Shown one piece after another: positions 9,168 to 17,825 of a DNA stretch of 64,000 nt. The first letter of the stretch is position 1. Each line of letters starts with the position of its first letter. The notes beneath the pieces were generated by a model that saw only the letters and a list, made by a program, of their open reading frames with translations, did no database searches and was not told the origin of the DNA. The stretch lies in contig OZ242222.1 of NCBI GenBank assembly GCA_965206765.1, positions 129,662 to 193,661 of the forward strand, read 5' to 3'. Made by a program: the position numbers and the translations under genes. The DNA comes from Candidatus Multivorans sp. (GTDB taxonomy: Bacteria > Acidobacteriota > Thermoanaerobaculia > Multivoradales > Multivoraceae).

Positions 9168-10801
9168 GGTGGCTGCCGCCAGCGCCGGTCATCCTGCTGC
9201 TGGCCTCTGCGCCGGTCGTCCTGGCCCAGGAGGGCGTGGGTGAGGGAGCACCGGTACTGTCGCCGGTGACCTGGGAACGGCTCGTGAACTCCGACGACGA
9301 GCCGCACAACTGGCTGATGTACCACGGCGCTTTGCATGGGCAGCGTTTCAGCCGCCTCGACCAGATCGACCGCGACAATGTGGGCCGACTCGAACTGAAG
9401 TGGGCCCACCAGATCAGGCAGCTCGACCGGAACGAGACGACGCCCCTGGTCGTCGACGGCGTGATGTTCATCACCGAGTCGCCCAGCAACGTGACCGCGG
9501 TCGATGCCGCTACCGGCCGCCCGTACTGGCGCTACGAACACCCGCTGCCGGATGACATTCGGCTCTGCTGCGGTCGCAACAACCGGGGTGTCGCGATCCT
9601 GGGCGAGACGCTCTACATGAGCACGAACGACGCCCACCTGGTGGCGATCGACGCCCGCTCCGGCTCCCTGCTGTGGGAAACGGAGGTCGAAGAGCACACG
9701 AAGGGCTACAGCAAGACCTCGGCGCCGCTGATCGTCGGCGACACGGTCGTCACCGGCGTCGCCGGGGGAGAGTTCGGCATCCGCGGCTTCATCGACGGCT
9801 ACGACGCGGCCACCGGCGAGCAGAGGTGGCGTACCTACACGGTTCCGGGTCCGGGCGAGCCGCACAACGACACCTGGGCGGGTGATTCCTGGCGTACGGG
9901 CGGCGCGCCGACCTGGCTCACCGGCGTCTACGACCCGGATCTCGACCTCATCTACTGGGGCACAGGCAACCCGGCGCCGGACTGGAACGGCGACCTGCGG
10001 CTCGGCGACAATCTGTACTCGTCGTCGGTGCTGGCGCTCGAAGGGAAGACCGGGAAGATCGTTTGGCACTTCCAGTTCACGCCCCACGACGTCTGGGACT
10101 GGGATGCGATCCAGGCGCCGGTGCTGGCCGAGGTTGAAGTCTCTGGCGAGCCGATGAAGGCGATGCTGTGGGCCAACCGGAACGCCTTCTACTACCTGCT
10201 GAACCGGAAGAACGGCAAGTTCGTGCTCGGGGAGGCGTTCGCCATGCAGAACTGGGCCGACGGACTCGACGAGGAAGGACGGCCGCTGCTGCGCGAGAAC
10301 GTGTTCCCGACCGAGGAGGGCACTCTCATCGCGCCGATGGCAGGAGGCGCCACGAACTGGTGGTCGCCGGCCTATAGCCCGCACACGGGGCTTCTCTACG
10401 TGAACGCCTTCGACGGCGAGGCCATCTACTACCAGCGTGACGACGAGTACGTGGAAGGCAGCAAATTCCTCGGCGGCGGCATGCGAATGGCGAAACCGAC
10501 CGAGCACTACCAGAGCGTCGTCCGCGCCATCGAGGCGACGACCGGCAAGGTCCGCTGGGAGTTCCCGATCACGCCGAGAACCCGCAGCGGCATCCTCGCC
10601 ACCGCCGGCGGCCTGGTCTGGAGCGCCAGCGTCGACGGCTACTTCTTCGCCCTGGACGAGGAGACCGGGGAACCGCTATGGCGGATCTCGCTCGGCGGCG
10701 GACCGCACGCTTCGCCGATGACCTACGCGGTCGGCGGCGAGCAGCGGGTCGTGGTGGCGATGGGCAACGTCGTCTTCGTCTTCGGTCTCGCCGACGAGTA
10801 G
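9164..10801 (+). CDS. PQQ-dependent alcohol/methanol dehydrogenase, type I quinoprotein with vicinal Cys-Cys and lanthanide-type DxWDxD motif
   Basis: Signal peptide MRWLPPAPVILLLASAPVVLAQEG. Tryptophan-docking beta-propeller repeats. The adjacent-cysteine pair in IRLCCGRNN matches the PQQ-ADH vicinal disulfide. HDVWDWDAI matches the XoxF/PedH/ExaF-type D-x-W-D-x-D signature rather than MxaF D-x-W-D-x-A. Confidence 0.8.
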   Translation: MRWLPPAPVILLLASAPVVLAQEGVGEGAPVLSPVTWERLVNSDDEPHNWLMYHGALHGQRFSRLDQIDRDNVGRLELKWAHQIRQLDRNETTPLVVDGVMFITESPSNVTAVDAATGRPYWRYEHPLPDDIRLCCGRNNRGVAILGETLYMSTNDAHLVAIDARSGSLLWETEVEEHTKGYSKTSAPLIVGDTVVTGVAGGEFGIRGFIDGYDAATGEQRWRTYTVPGPGEPHNDTWAGDSWRTGGAPTWLTGVYDPDLDLIYWGTGNPAPDWNGDLRLGDNLYSSSVLALEGKTGKIVWHFQFTPHDVWDWDAIQAPVLAEVEVSGEPMKAMLWANRNAFYYLLNRKNGKFVLGEAFAMQNWADGLDEEGRPLLRENVFPTEEGTLIAPMAGGATNWWSPAYSPHTGLLYVNAFDGEAIYYQRDDEYVEGSKFLGGGMRMAKPTEHYQSVVRAIEATTGKVRWEFPITPRTRSGILATAGGLVWSASVDGYFFALDEETGEPLWRISLGGGPHASPMTYAVGGEQRVVVAMGNVVFVFGLADE

Positions 10802-10821
10802 CACACCGACGTTTCCCGCCT

Positions 10822-13452
10822 ATGATCCGCAGCATGGTCGGCGCCGCCCCTTCGCCGCTTACCGCCGTTCGTCCGCTCGCGTGCGCGCTCCTCCTGGCTC
10901 TGCTCGTGTCCCAGCCCGGGGCGGCACGTCAGGTCGAGGAGCCGGACGAGCCGGTCGCCACGGCCACGCACGAGGACGAGGACGAGGAAGCCGAGTCCGA
11001 CGATCCGGCGACCCACGTCCACGATGAGATCGTGGTCACCGGCACCCGCGCGCGGCAGCGGTCGATCACCGAGTCGATGGCGCCGATCGACGTGATCTCG
11101 AGCGAGCACGTCACGCATCAGGGCGAGACGAACCTGGACGTGTTGCTGCGCAACGTGGTTCCGTCGCTGAACATCAGCGCCACCTCCGGCGACGCGGCGG
11201 TCGTTGTGCGGCCGACGAACCTGCGCGGTCTGGCGCCCGACCACACCCTGGTGCTCGTCAACGGCCGGCGGCGCCATCGCGGCGCGGTCATCCTGTGGTC
11301 CCGGATCGGCGTCTCGCACGGCGCTCAGGGCCCGGACCTGTCGGCGATTCCCGCCATCGCGCTGCGCCAGGTCGAGGTGCTGCGCGACGGCGCCTCGGCG
11401 CAGTACGGTTCGGACGCGATCGCCGGGGTGATGAACTTCCTGCTGAAGGACGCCAGTTCCGGCGGGTCGTTCGAGCTGTTGACCGGCGCCTATGGCCGGG
11501 GGGACGGTGAGTCCATGACCTTCGCCGGCAACATCGGTCTGCCGTGGGGAGAGAACGGCTTTCTCAACCTGAGCCTGGAATACGGGGGCGCCGAGCCGAC
11601 GAACCGGAACGTCCAGCGCGCCGACGCCGCGTTGCTGAATGCCGCCGGCAACACCCATGTCGCCGACCCGGCGCAGCTCTTTGGCGCGCCCGAGGTCGAA
11701 GACGACATCAAGCTGTGGGCCAACTTCGGCCGGCCGTTGGGCGGCGGCAGTTCGCAGTTCTACGGCCATGCGAACTACGCCAGCCGGCGGGTGGGCTCGC
11801 GGAACTTCTTCTTCCGCAACCCGAACACCCGGGACGCGGTGTTCAGCAACGACGGCGGCTCGACGCTGCTCATCGGCGACGCCCTGGACGCGGCCGACGG
11901 GGTGGTCGACGGGTCGGCCGGCTGTCCCACCGTCTCGGTGACGAACGGCCTGCCCGACCAGGACGCGCTCGGCCGCGTGTTCGCCGATCCGAACTGCTTC
12001 AGCTTCCAGGAGATGTTCCCGGGCGGCTTCCAGCCGGTGTTCGGCGGCGAGCGTACCGACGCTTCCCTGGTCGGCGGCGTGCGCGGGTACACGGCCTCGG
12101 GGACGATCTGGGACGTGAGCGTCAGCTCCGGCTCGAGCGAGGCCGACTTCTTCCTCTACGACAGCGTGAACGCGTCGCTGGGCCCGGACACTCCGACCGC
12201 CTTCGACCCCGGCTTCTACCTCCAGGAGGAGGTGAGCGCGAACTTCGATGTCGCCCGCAACCTGAGTGAACGGCTCCATCTCGCGGGCGGCCTGGAGTGG
12301 CGCAACGAAGGGTTCGAGATCGGCCTGGGCGAGCCCGACTCCTGGCGGATCGGTCCGTACGCACAGCAGGGCTTCAGCTCGGGAGCGAACGGGTTTCCGG
12401 GCTTCAGTCCGATCGCGGGGGGTGACTGGAATCGCTCGAACACCGGCGTCTACGGCGACCTGGAGTACGGTCCCCCGGACCATTCGTGGACGGTGGGGGC
12501 GGCGCTCCGCTTCGAGGACTACGACGACTTCGGTTCGACCGTGAACGGCAGGCTCGCAGGCCGCAGGCAGGTCGCCCCGGGCCTGGCGCTCCGGGGCGGC
12601 GTCAGCACCGGCTTCCGGGCGCCCACGCCCGGCCAGCAGAACGCGTTCAACGTCTCGACGCAGTGGGATCCCAACCTGCTGGAGCTCGTCAACAACGGCA
12701 CGATCCCGTCCACCTCGCGGGTGGCGGCGCTGCGCGGGGGCAAGGCCCTGGACGCTGAGAAGTCGTTCAACCTGGCGGCCGGCATGGTCCTGGAGCGAGG
12801 ATCGTTCCTGCTCACCGCGGACGTATTCCGGATCGATCTGCGCGACCGCCTGGGTGTGACCCAGCTCTTCGCCCTGGAGAGAGACGAGGTGGACCAGCTC
12901 CTGGCGGAGGGCATCACCAGCGCCGCCAACCTGGCGAACTTCCGCTTCTTCGCCAACGACTTCGAGACCGGCACGGAGGGCGTCGACCTGGTCGCGTCAT
13001 GGCAGCCGCAGGCTTTGGGCGGGCATACGACGCTCGACTTCGCGATCAACCTGACCCGCACCGAAGTCGTCGAGTACAACCCGCTCACCCTGGATGCGCG
13101 GCGGATCCGCGAACTGCGCGACGCACTTCCGGGCCTGCGCTGGAACGTCGCGGCGCATCACGAGATCGGACGGTTCGAGCTGCTGGGACGCCTCGGCTAC
13201 TTCGACGGCTGGTGGGACCCTCGGGACGGCTGGGCCTACGGCGGCTCGTATCTTCTTGACCTCGAGGCGGCGGTGCGGATCGACGACCGCACCCGGTTCG
13301 TGATCGGCGGCCGCAACGCGCTGGACGAAGCCGCCGACCGGAATCCGAATCCGACTGTGATCGGCAACCTCTACAGCACCCGCGCCCCGTTCGACATCAA
13401 CGGCGGCTTCTACTACGCCCGGTTGCAGTACCGCTGGGGTGGGGGTAAGTAG
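10822..13452 (+). CDS. TonB-dependent outer-membrane receptor
   Basis: ATG at 10822 gives MIRSMVG...ALLLALLVSQPGAA, a signal peptide. Then comes a plug domain (DEIVVTGTRARQRSITESMAPIDVIS), a long beta-barrel and a C-terminal aromatic-rich end. Confidence 0.85.
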   Translation: MIRSMVGAAPSPLTAVRPLACALLLALLVSQPGAARQVEEPDEPVATATHEDEDEEAESDDPATHVHDEIVVTGTRARQRSITESMAPIDVISSEHVTHQGETNLDVLLRNVVPSLNISATSGDAAVVVRPTNLRGLAPDHTLVLVNGRRRHRGAVILWSRIGVSHGAQGPDLSAIPAIALRQVEVLRDGASAQYGSDAIAGVMNFLLKDASSGGSFELLTGAYGRGDGESMTFAGNIGLPWGENGFLNLSLEYGGAEPTNRNVQRADAALLNAAGNTHVADPAQLFGAPEVEDDIKLWANFGRPLGGGSSQFYGHANYASRRVGSRNFFFRNPNTRDAVFSNDGGSTLLIGDALDAADGVVDGSAGCPTVSVTNGLPDQDALGRVFADPNCFSFQEMFPGGFQPVFGGERTDASLVGGVRGYTASGTIWDVSVSSGSSEADFFLYDSVNASLGPDTPTAFDPGFYLQEEVSANFDVARNLSERLHLAGGLEWRNEGFEIGLGEPDSWRIGPYAQQGFSSGANGFPGFSPIAGGDWNRSNTGVYGDLEYGPPDHSWTVGAALRFEDYDDFGSTVNGRLAGRRQVAPGLALRGGVSTGFRAPTPGQQNAFNVSTQWDPNLLELVNNGTIPSTSRVAALRGGKALDAEKSFNLAAGMVLERGSFLLTADVFRIDLRDRLGVTQLFALERDEVDQLLAEGITSAANLANFRFFANDFETGTEGVDLVASWQPQALGGHTTLDFAINLTRTEVVEYNPLTLDARRIRELRDALPGLRWNVAAHHEIGRFELLGRLGYFDGWWDPRDGWAYGGSYLLDLEAAVRIDDRTRFVIGGRNALDEAADRNPNPTVIGNLYSTRAPFDINGGFYYARLQYRWGGGK

Positions 13453-13453
13453 G

Positions 13454-15580
13454 TCAGGAGCCGGGCGCCGCGATGATCTCCTTGTGCAGTAGGCACAGTC
13501 GACGAAGGATGTCCTCGTAGCGCCGGGCGTTTCTCCCTTCATCGATAAGCGACTGCGCGGCTGCAATCACGAACCTGTCGCCTCGCGACACCGAGACGTT
13601 AGACGCTTCGAACTCGACGGCAAGCGCCTCGGCTCGCTGCACGGGTGAGCGCGCGTGAACCGCAGGCGCAACGGAACTGTCGCGATTCCGGCATACGAGG
13701 ATCGCGTCGAGGCTGATTGGGTCCTTGGCAACCGACTTGGGACTCGCTACGCGGAGTTCGGCGTGTACCGGGTGGGAAGCCACTACGACGAGGCCCGCGC
13801 CCTCAATCGCCTCATAGATCGCCGCCCATCCCTCTGGCCGCGAGTGGTGGAAGCTGAAGGCCAGCACGCCCTCCGGCTTGAGGACCCGGCGGCACTCGGA
13901 GAAGACCCTGCCGAGTTGGCGAGCAAAGGATCGCGGGTCCTTGTGTTGCACTTCGCCCACATCGGAGCAGTCCGGTCGTCTCATCCATTGGTACCGGTCC
14001 GCAAGGGAGGGGCTCAACCAGGCAAAGAAGAAGTCGCTTAACTCGCTGTAGTGAACGAAGTCGAAGTATGGGGGGTCGGTGATCACGGCGTCCACGCAGG
14101 CCCCAGGAAGAGGAAGCGATGCACTGTCGCCGTTCAGGATCATGACCGCTTGCTTAGTACCCTGCAGTTCGTCCCACGTGCTGACGCAGCAGGGATCAAG
14201 CGGGTGGCTTGCTAGCGTCCTTCGCGTCCCGCACATCTCGCCGAAGAGATTTCGCTGCAGCTCTAGTTCAAACGGAACGTCCAGGTAGCGTTTCGCACGC
14301 AGGAGCCGCGACTTGAACAGTGTGCTGAACGCGCCGCTGCTCCTGTCAGTTCCCCAGACCGAGTTCTCCAGCGGAACTCGCTCGGGCTTGAGGATATGGT
14401 GCGAGAACATGTGGCGGACGGCCCCGGTGCCCTCCCCCTTGTAGCTGCAGAAGAGGTTGTTGAACTCAAGCGTGCTGGAGAACAGGCAGAGCATCTGCTC
14501 CTGCACCCGATGGTCTCGGATACGAAGGATATGGCGTAGGAGCAGCCCGAGACACAGAAGTTGCCGCGCGTTGAAGAAATCTCGCCAGTAGAAGTAGTTG
14601 TAGCCGCGGGCTTGGGCCGTGTTGTGACCCGGACGTACGGCGAGTGTCGGAATGGGAAGCTGCTCTTCGCAGAGTCGGGACTCCGCCTCCTCGTAGAGGG
14701 CGCGGTCTTCGGGGCCGGCGGGGAGATAGACCTTTTCGCCGTTCGGGCGGAGAGCCAGTATCGCGTAGAGCCTATGTGCCGGCGGCGATCCGTCTGCCGG
14801 GAGGAGCTCCTTGATCTTGTGTCTCGCCCCATCTGGCGCCCTGACGTACTGGCCTTCTGCCGGGCCGTTCTGAGGGTTGAACCGGTGGCTGCAGTGCGGG
14901 CACTCCAGCGACGTCGAGTCGTATCGGCTCTCGAGTACTTGCCAGCACCCTGGACACACAACCTGGGCCCGCGGGTGCCTGTTCGGAGAGGCATGCTGGG
15001 CGAACACGTACCGCGAGAAGAGCGGCACGACATCGCCACCAGGAGTTGCCACGGTCTTGCACCAGAAGAAGTAGAGAACCGGAATCAACTCGCCGTTGGC
15101 CGGATCGTGCGTCTGGTAGTAGTGCCGGATCTGCGGCGCCACGCTCGCCTCAAGCTCCGCAAATACCGCTTCGAGTTCCCGTTCTGCTACCCGAGTAAAT
15201 GCTTGGCGTACGAGGAACGTGCTGACCGGATTGATATCGCAGCCGATCGCGCGGGCACCCAGTTTAAGCGTCTCGCCCAAGGTCGTCCCGCTCCCCATGA
15301 AGGGGTCAAGGACGACCTTGTCGGCTAGGTTGTGCCGTTCGTAGAAGTGCTCCCAGATGTCTGAATCGTCGTCTTTGAGAGCGCCGAGCGCGATTCCCCG
15401 AAACACCGACCCCAGTCGCGTCGCCCACCACTTGTGGATGTGGTAGAGCGGCCGGTGGATCTCCTTTCTCCAGCTTTCCTGCTGTGCGAGTTCGCTGATC
15501 TCGACGACGGGGAACCCTGTCTCTAGGGCAGTTGCGCGAGCGTTCGGCGACTCGCGCCGCTGGAGGAGAGCCTTGCTCAT
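13454..15580 (-). CDS. COG1743/DUF1156-type DNA (amino) methyltransferase with a Zn-ribbon
   Basis: HRPLYHIHKWWATRLGSVFRGIALGAL is the DUF1156 N-terminal signature. Motif I VLDPFMGSGTTL lies near the N-terminus and motif IV VITDPPYFDF near residue 520, an alpha-like order. Cys-rich CPGCW...CPHCSHRF is a Zn-ribbon. It overlaps the downstream nuclease gene by 4 nt. Confidence 0.8.
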   Translation of the reverse strand: MSKALLQRRESPNARATALETGFPVVEISELAQQESWRKEIHRPLYHIHKWWATRLGSVFRGIALGALKDDDSDIWEHFYERHNLADKVVLDPFMGSGTTLGETLKLGARAIGCDINPVSTFLVRQAFTRVAERELEAVFAELEASVAPQIRHYYQTHDPANGELIPVLYFFWCKTVATPGGDVVPLFSRYVFAQHASPNRHPRAQVVCPGCWQVLESRYDSTSLECPHCSHRFNPQNGPAEGQYVRAPDGARHKIKELLPADGSPPAHRLYAILALRPNGEKVYLPAGPEDRALYEEAESRLCEEQLPIPTLAVRPGHNTAQARGYNYFYWRDFFNARQLLCLGLLLRHILRIRDHRVQEQMLCLFSSTLEFNNLFCSYKGEGTGAVRHMFSHHILKPERVPLENSVWGTDRSSGAFSTLFKSRLLRAKRYLDVPFELELQRNLFGEMCGTRRTLASHPLDPCCVSTWDELQGTKQAVMILNGDSASLPLPGACVDAVITDPPYFDFVHYSELSDFFFAWLSPSLADRYQWMRRPDCSDVGEVQHKDPRSFARQLGRVFSECRRVLKPEGVLAFSFHHSRPEGWAAIYEAIEGAGLVVVASHPVHAELRVASPKSVAKDPISLDAILVCRNRDSSVAPAVHARSPVQRAEALAVEFEASNVSVSRGDRFVIAAAQSLIDEGRNARRYEDILRRLCLLHKEIIAAPGS

Positions 15581-16989
15581 GCTCCGCCACCCGGAGCCTG
15601 CGTTGACATGGTCACAGGTTTGGCAGCTTGGCTGTCGAGACGGTACGCGGCGAAGCGGTGTTCCGCCGCGGCGTGAGGATTCGGGACCCGCTCCGCCGCG
15701 AGTTCGTTCGTACGGAGGTCGAACCTGTAAGCGACCACCAGTTCCGCCGCCTCGGTTCGCGAGAGACCTCCGACGCGCCGGAAGCCGTCCGGAGCGCGTA
15801 TCTCCTCCGGAGCGATGAGCGTCATGAGGCCGGTTGTCCCCTCGGTAAGCGCGAACGGCGTCGGCGCGACGTACATCTTGCGGTCGCGGATCAGAACGTC
15901 GCCGTAGGTGCCGAAGCCCTCAACGCTCTTGTTCTTGTGGATGTAGCCGTGGTCGGCGTTCAGGAAGCTCCCATGGCACATCACCAAGTCGATGACGGGG
16001 TACTGACGGCCGCCACCATGGTCCGGGTACGTCTCAAGGTCCGCTGGATAACGGCCGAAGACGTAAGAGATGCTCCGGCCGTTGTGACGACCGGTCGGCA
16101 TTTGGCTATTGGCGTCGTAGTTGCGCACGCGGCCGGGCCAGGCAAGTCCCTTGACCTCGTAGCCCTCCGCATGTTCAACGATGGAAAAGTCGGGATAGCT
16201 ATTGCGGCCGCCCGCCTCGAAGTGGGTCCCAGTCTGTTCAAGTCGATACTGGAACCAGTTCTGGAAGTGGAACTCCTTGTCACGAGCACTGACGGACTGA
16301 ATCAGGTCTCCGGCGTCGACAGCGTGGACACACTGCTTGAAGACCGCGAAGCAGGTCGTGTCATTCGTTCTTGGCTCCCGGCGCCCGAGTGTTCCTGATG
16401 GTCCGCCCACGGCTCCATGCGCTGAAGGTTCGCCACGCCGCTGCTTCGCTGGACTCGCCGACGCATCGGCTATGCGGTTGGTGGAATCCCTAAACTCGCG
16501 ATAGCGGCGGGCGGCGGCCTTCAGAGTCGCAGTGCCGTTGTAGATGTTGCCAGCGATAGGGACTCTGTGCTTCGGCGGTCTTCCGGTGCGCTCATCTTCC
16601 CGGGAGTACGTCAGCCGCTCGAGCAGTCCGTCCAGTCCGTCCGCGTCCCACTGGTCGTCCAGATCGCCCTCGTGCCTCTCCACTCGCTTGCAATCGGCTA
16701 CTCGATTCGCGGCGGCCCGTTCTTTCAGACGCCGAACTGCCGTCAGCCAGTTGCGGAACCGAGTCTCTTGCATCGCGTTCGCCTTTTCTGTGCCTGGCGT
16801 TGCCGCGGACACTCTGTCCTTGGCCAACAGTGGACCGTGGGTAGGACGGACGCGCTCTGGCACGCGGCCGAAGCTGGATTCCCGAGCGCTTCCACGGAGG
16901 GACCGTAACAGATGCCGGAGCCGCATCTGTCGTTGGCCGGCGCGTCCCGTGGTGGCCTGCGAGGGCAGCCAGCCAAGAGGCCGGTTCAT
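15577..16989 (-). CDS. putative restriction endonuclease (PD-(D/E)xK fold), partner of the methyltransferase
   Basis: YPDFSIVEHAEGYEVKGL fits the PD...(D/E)xK catalytic core. The gene is translationally coupled to the MTase (4-nt overlap). The true start may be internal, e.g. MQETRF near 16773. The N-terminal 190 aa are uncharacterised. Confidence 0.5.
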   Translation of the reverse strand: MNRPLGWLPSQATTGRAGQRQMRLRHLLRSLRGSARESSFGRVPERVRPTHGPLLAKDRVSAATPGTEKANAMQETRFRNWLTAVRRLKERAAANRVADCKRVERHEGDLDDQWDADGLDGLLERLTYSREDERTGRPPKHRVPIAGNIYNGTATLKAAARRYREFRDSTNRIADASASPAKQRRGEPSAHGAVGGPSGTLGRREPRTNDTTCFAVFKQCVHAVDAGDLIQSVSARDKEFHFQNWFQYRLEQTGTHFEAGGRNSYPDFSIVEHAEGYEVKGLAWPGRVRNYDANSQMPTGRHNGRSISYVFGRYPADLETYPDHGGGRQYPVIDLVMCHGSFLNADHGYIHKNKSVEGFGTYGDVLIRDRKMYVAPTPFALTEGTTGLMTLIAPEEIRAPDGFRRVGGLSRTEAAELVVAYRFDLRTNELAAERVPNPHAAAEHRFAAYRLDSQAAKPVTMSTQAPGGGA

Positions 16990-17122
16990 CCAATGGCAAC
17001 TGCGTCAACGGCGGGTGGCCCGGTGACTCGTGTGCAGGTCCCGAATCTCCTTCTCCTGGGCACGCGGACGACTATCCGACCTGCCGGAGAGCGCCAGCCA
17101 CTGGAGCGTCTGGCGCTTCCAG

Positions 17123-17806
17123 CTAGCCCACCCGATTCGGGTGGGTTCTGACGGGCCGCAAGCCGCCGACGTAGCACATGACGGCGGGGAGAAACATGAT
17201 CAGCCTGCGAGCATTTTGATCGTAGCGCCTTTGGAGGCGCGGAAGGGAGAGGATTCGGGCGGACAGTGGTAGCCAGACCGCGAATACTGCAAACGCAAGG
17301 AGAAAGTACGACCCGTTGGGAACAAAGACCATGTGAAGAACTGCGGTCGGAACTGCGAAGTAGGGGAGAGCTACGTAGGGTGAACGTCGGAGTTTTCTCG
17401 CCAATCTAGGGTTTGGGGATTTGGAGATGAGCTCGTCTTCTGTCATTCCCCTCTCGACGCCAACGGTTGGGAGCTCGACGGTGCAATAGTAGATGAGCCA
17501 TGCGAGCGCGACGCCGGGAAGCCAGGCGACAAGCAGCGAGGGGAGATCGGCAGCGGAAACGTAGGAGATGAGGTCGGGCCCGACAACTCGAAAATAGAAC
17601 CACTCGTATGCAGTTGAGGCAACGACGAGGGTTGCTGTCGCGAGGAGAGAGACGTCAGCGATTGAAAGTCTCTTGGGGTCGGATGCTGCCTTTGGGTGGG
17701 GCGCGGAAGGAGGGCCGGGATTGACGTCGCTGTCTGGAGTCGAAGGTTGACCGTTTCTCGCCGGCTCAAGTTCTTCAGTCATGGATTGGCTCCGCCGAAG
17801 AGACAA
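17123..17806 (-). CDS. hypothetical integral membrane protein
   Basis: 227 aa with several hydrophobic helices (LLATATLVVASTAYEWFYF, LLVAWLPGVALAWLIYY, YFLLAFAVFAVWLPL). GC is visibly lower than the flanks. It sits next to the R-M genes. Confidence 0.4.
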   Translation of the reverse strand: MSLRRSQSMTEELEPARNGQPSTPDSDVNPGPPSAPHPKAASDPKRLSIADVSLLATATLVVASTAYEWFYFRVVGPDLISYVSAADLPSLLVAWLPGVALAWLIYYCTVELPTVGVERGMTEDELISKSPNPRLARKLRRSPYVALPYFAVPTAVLHMVFVPNGSYFLLAFAVFAVWLPLSARILSLPRLQRRYDQNARRLIMFLPAVMCYVGGLRPVRTHPNRVG

Positions 17807-17825
17807 TCAGGCGGGACGGGAGGCC

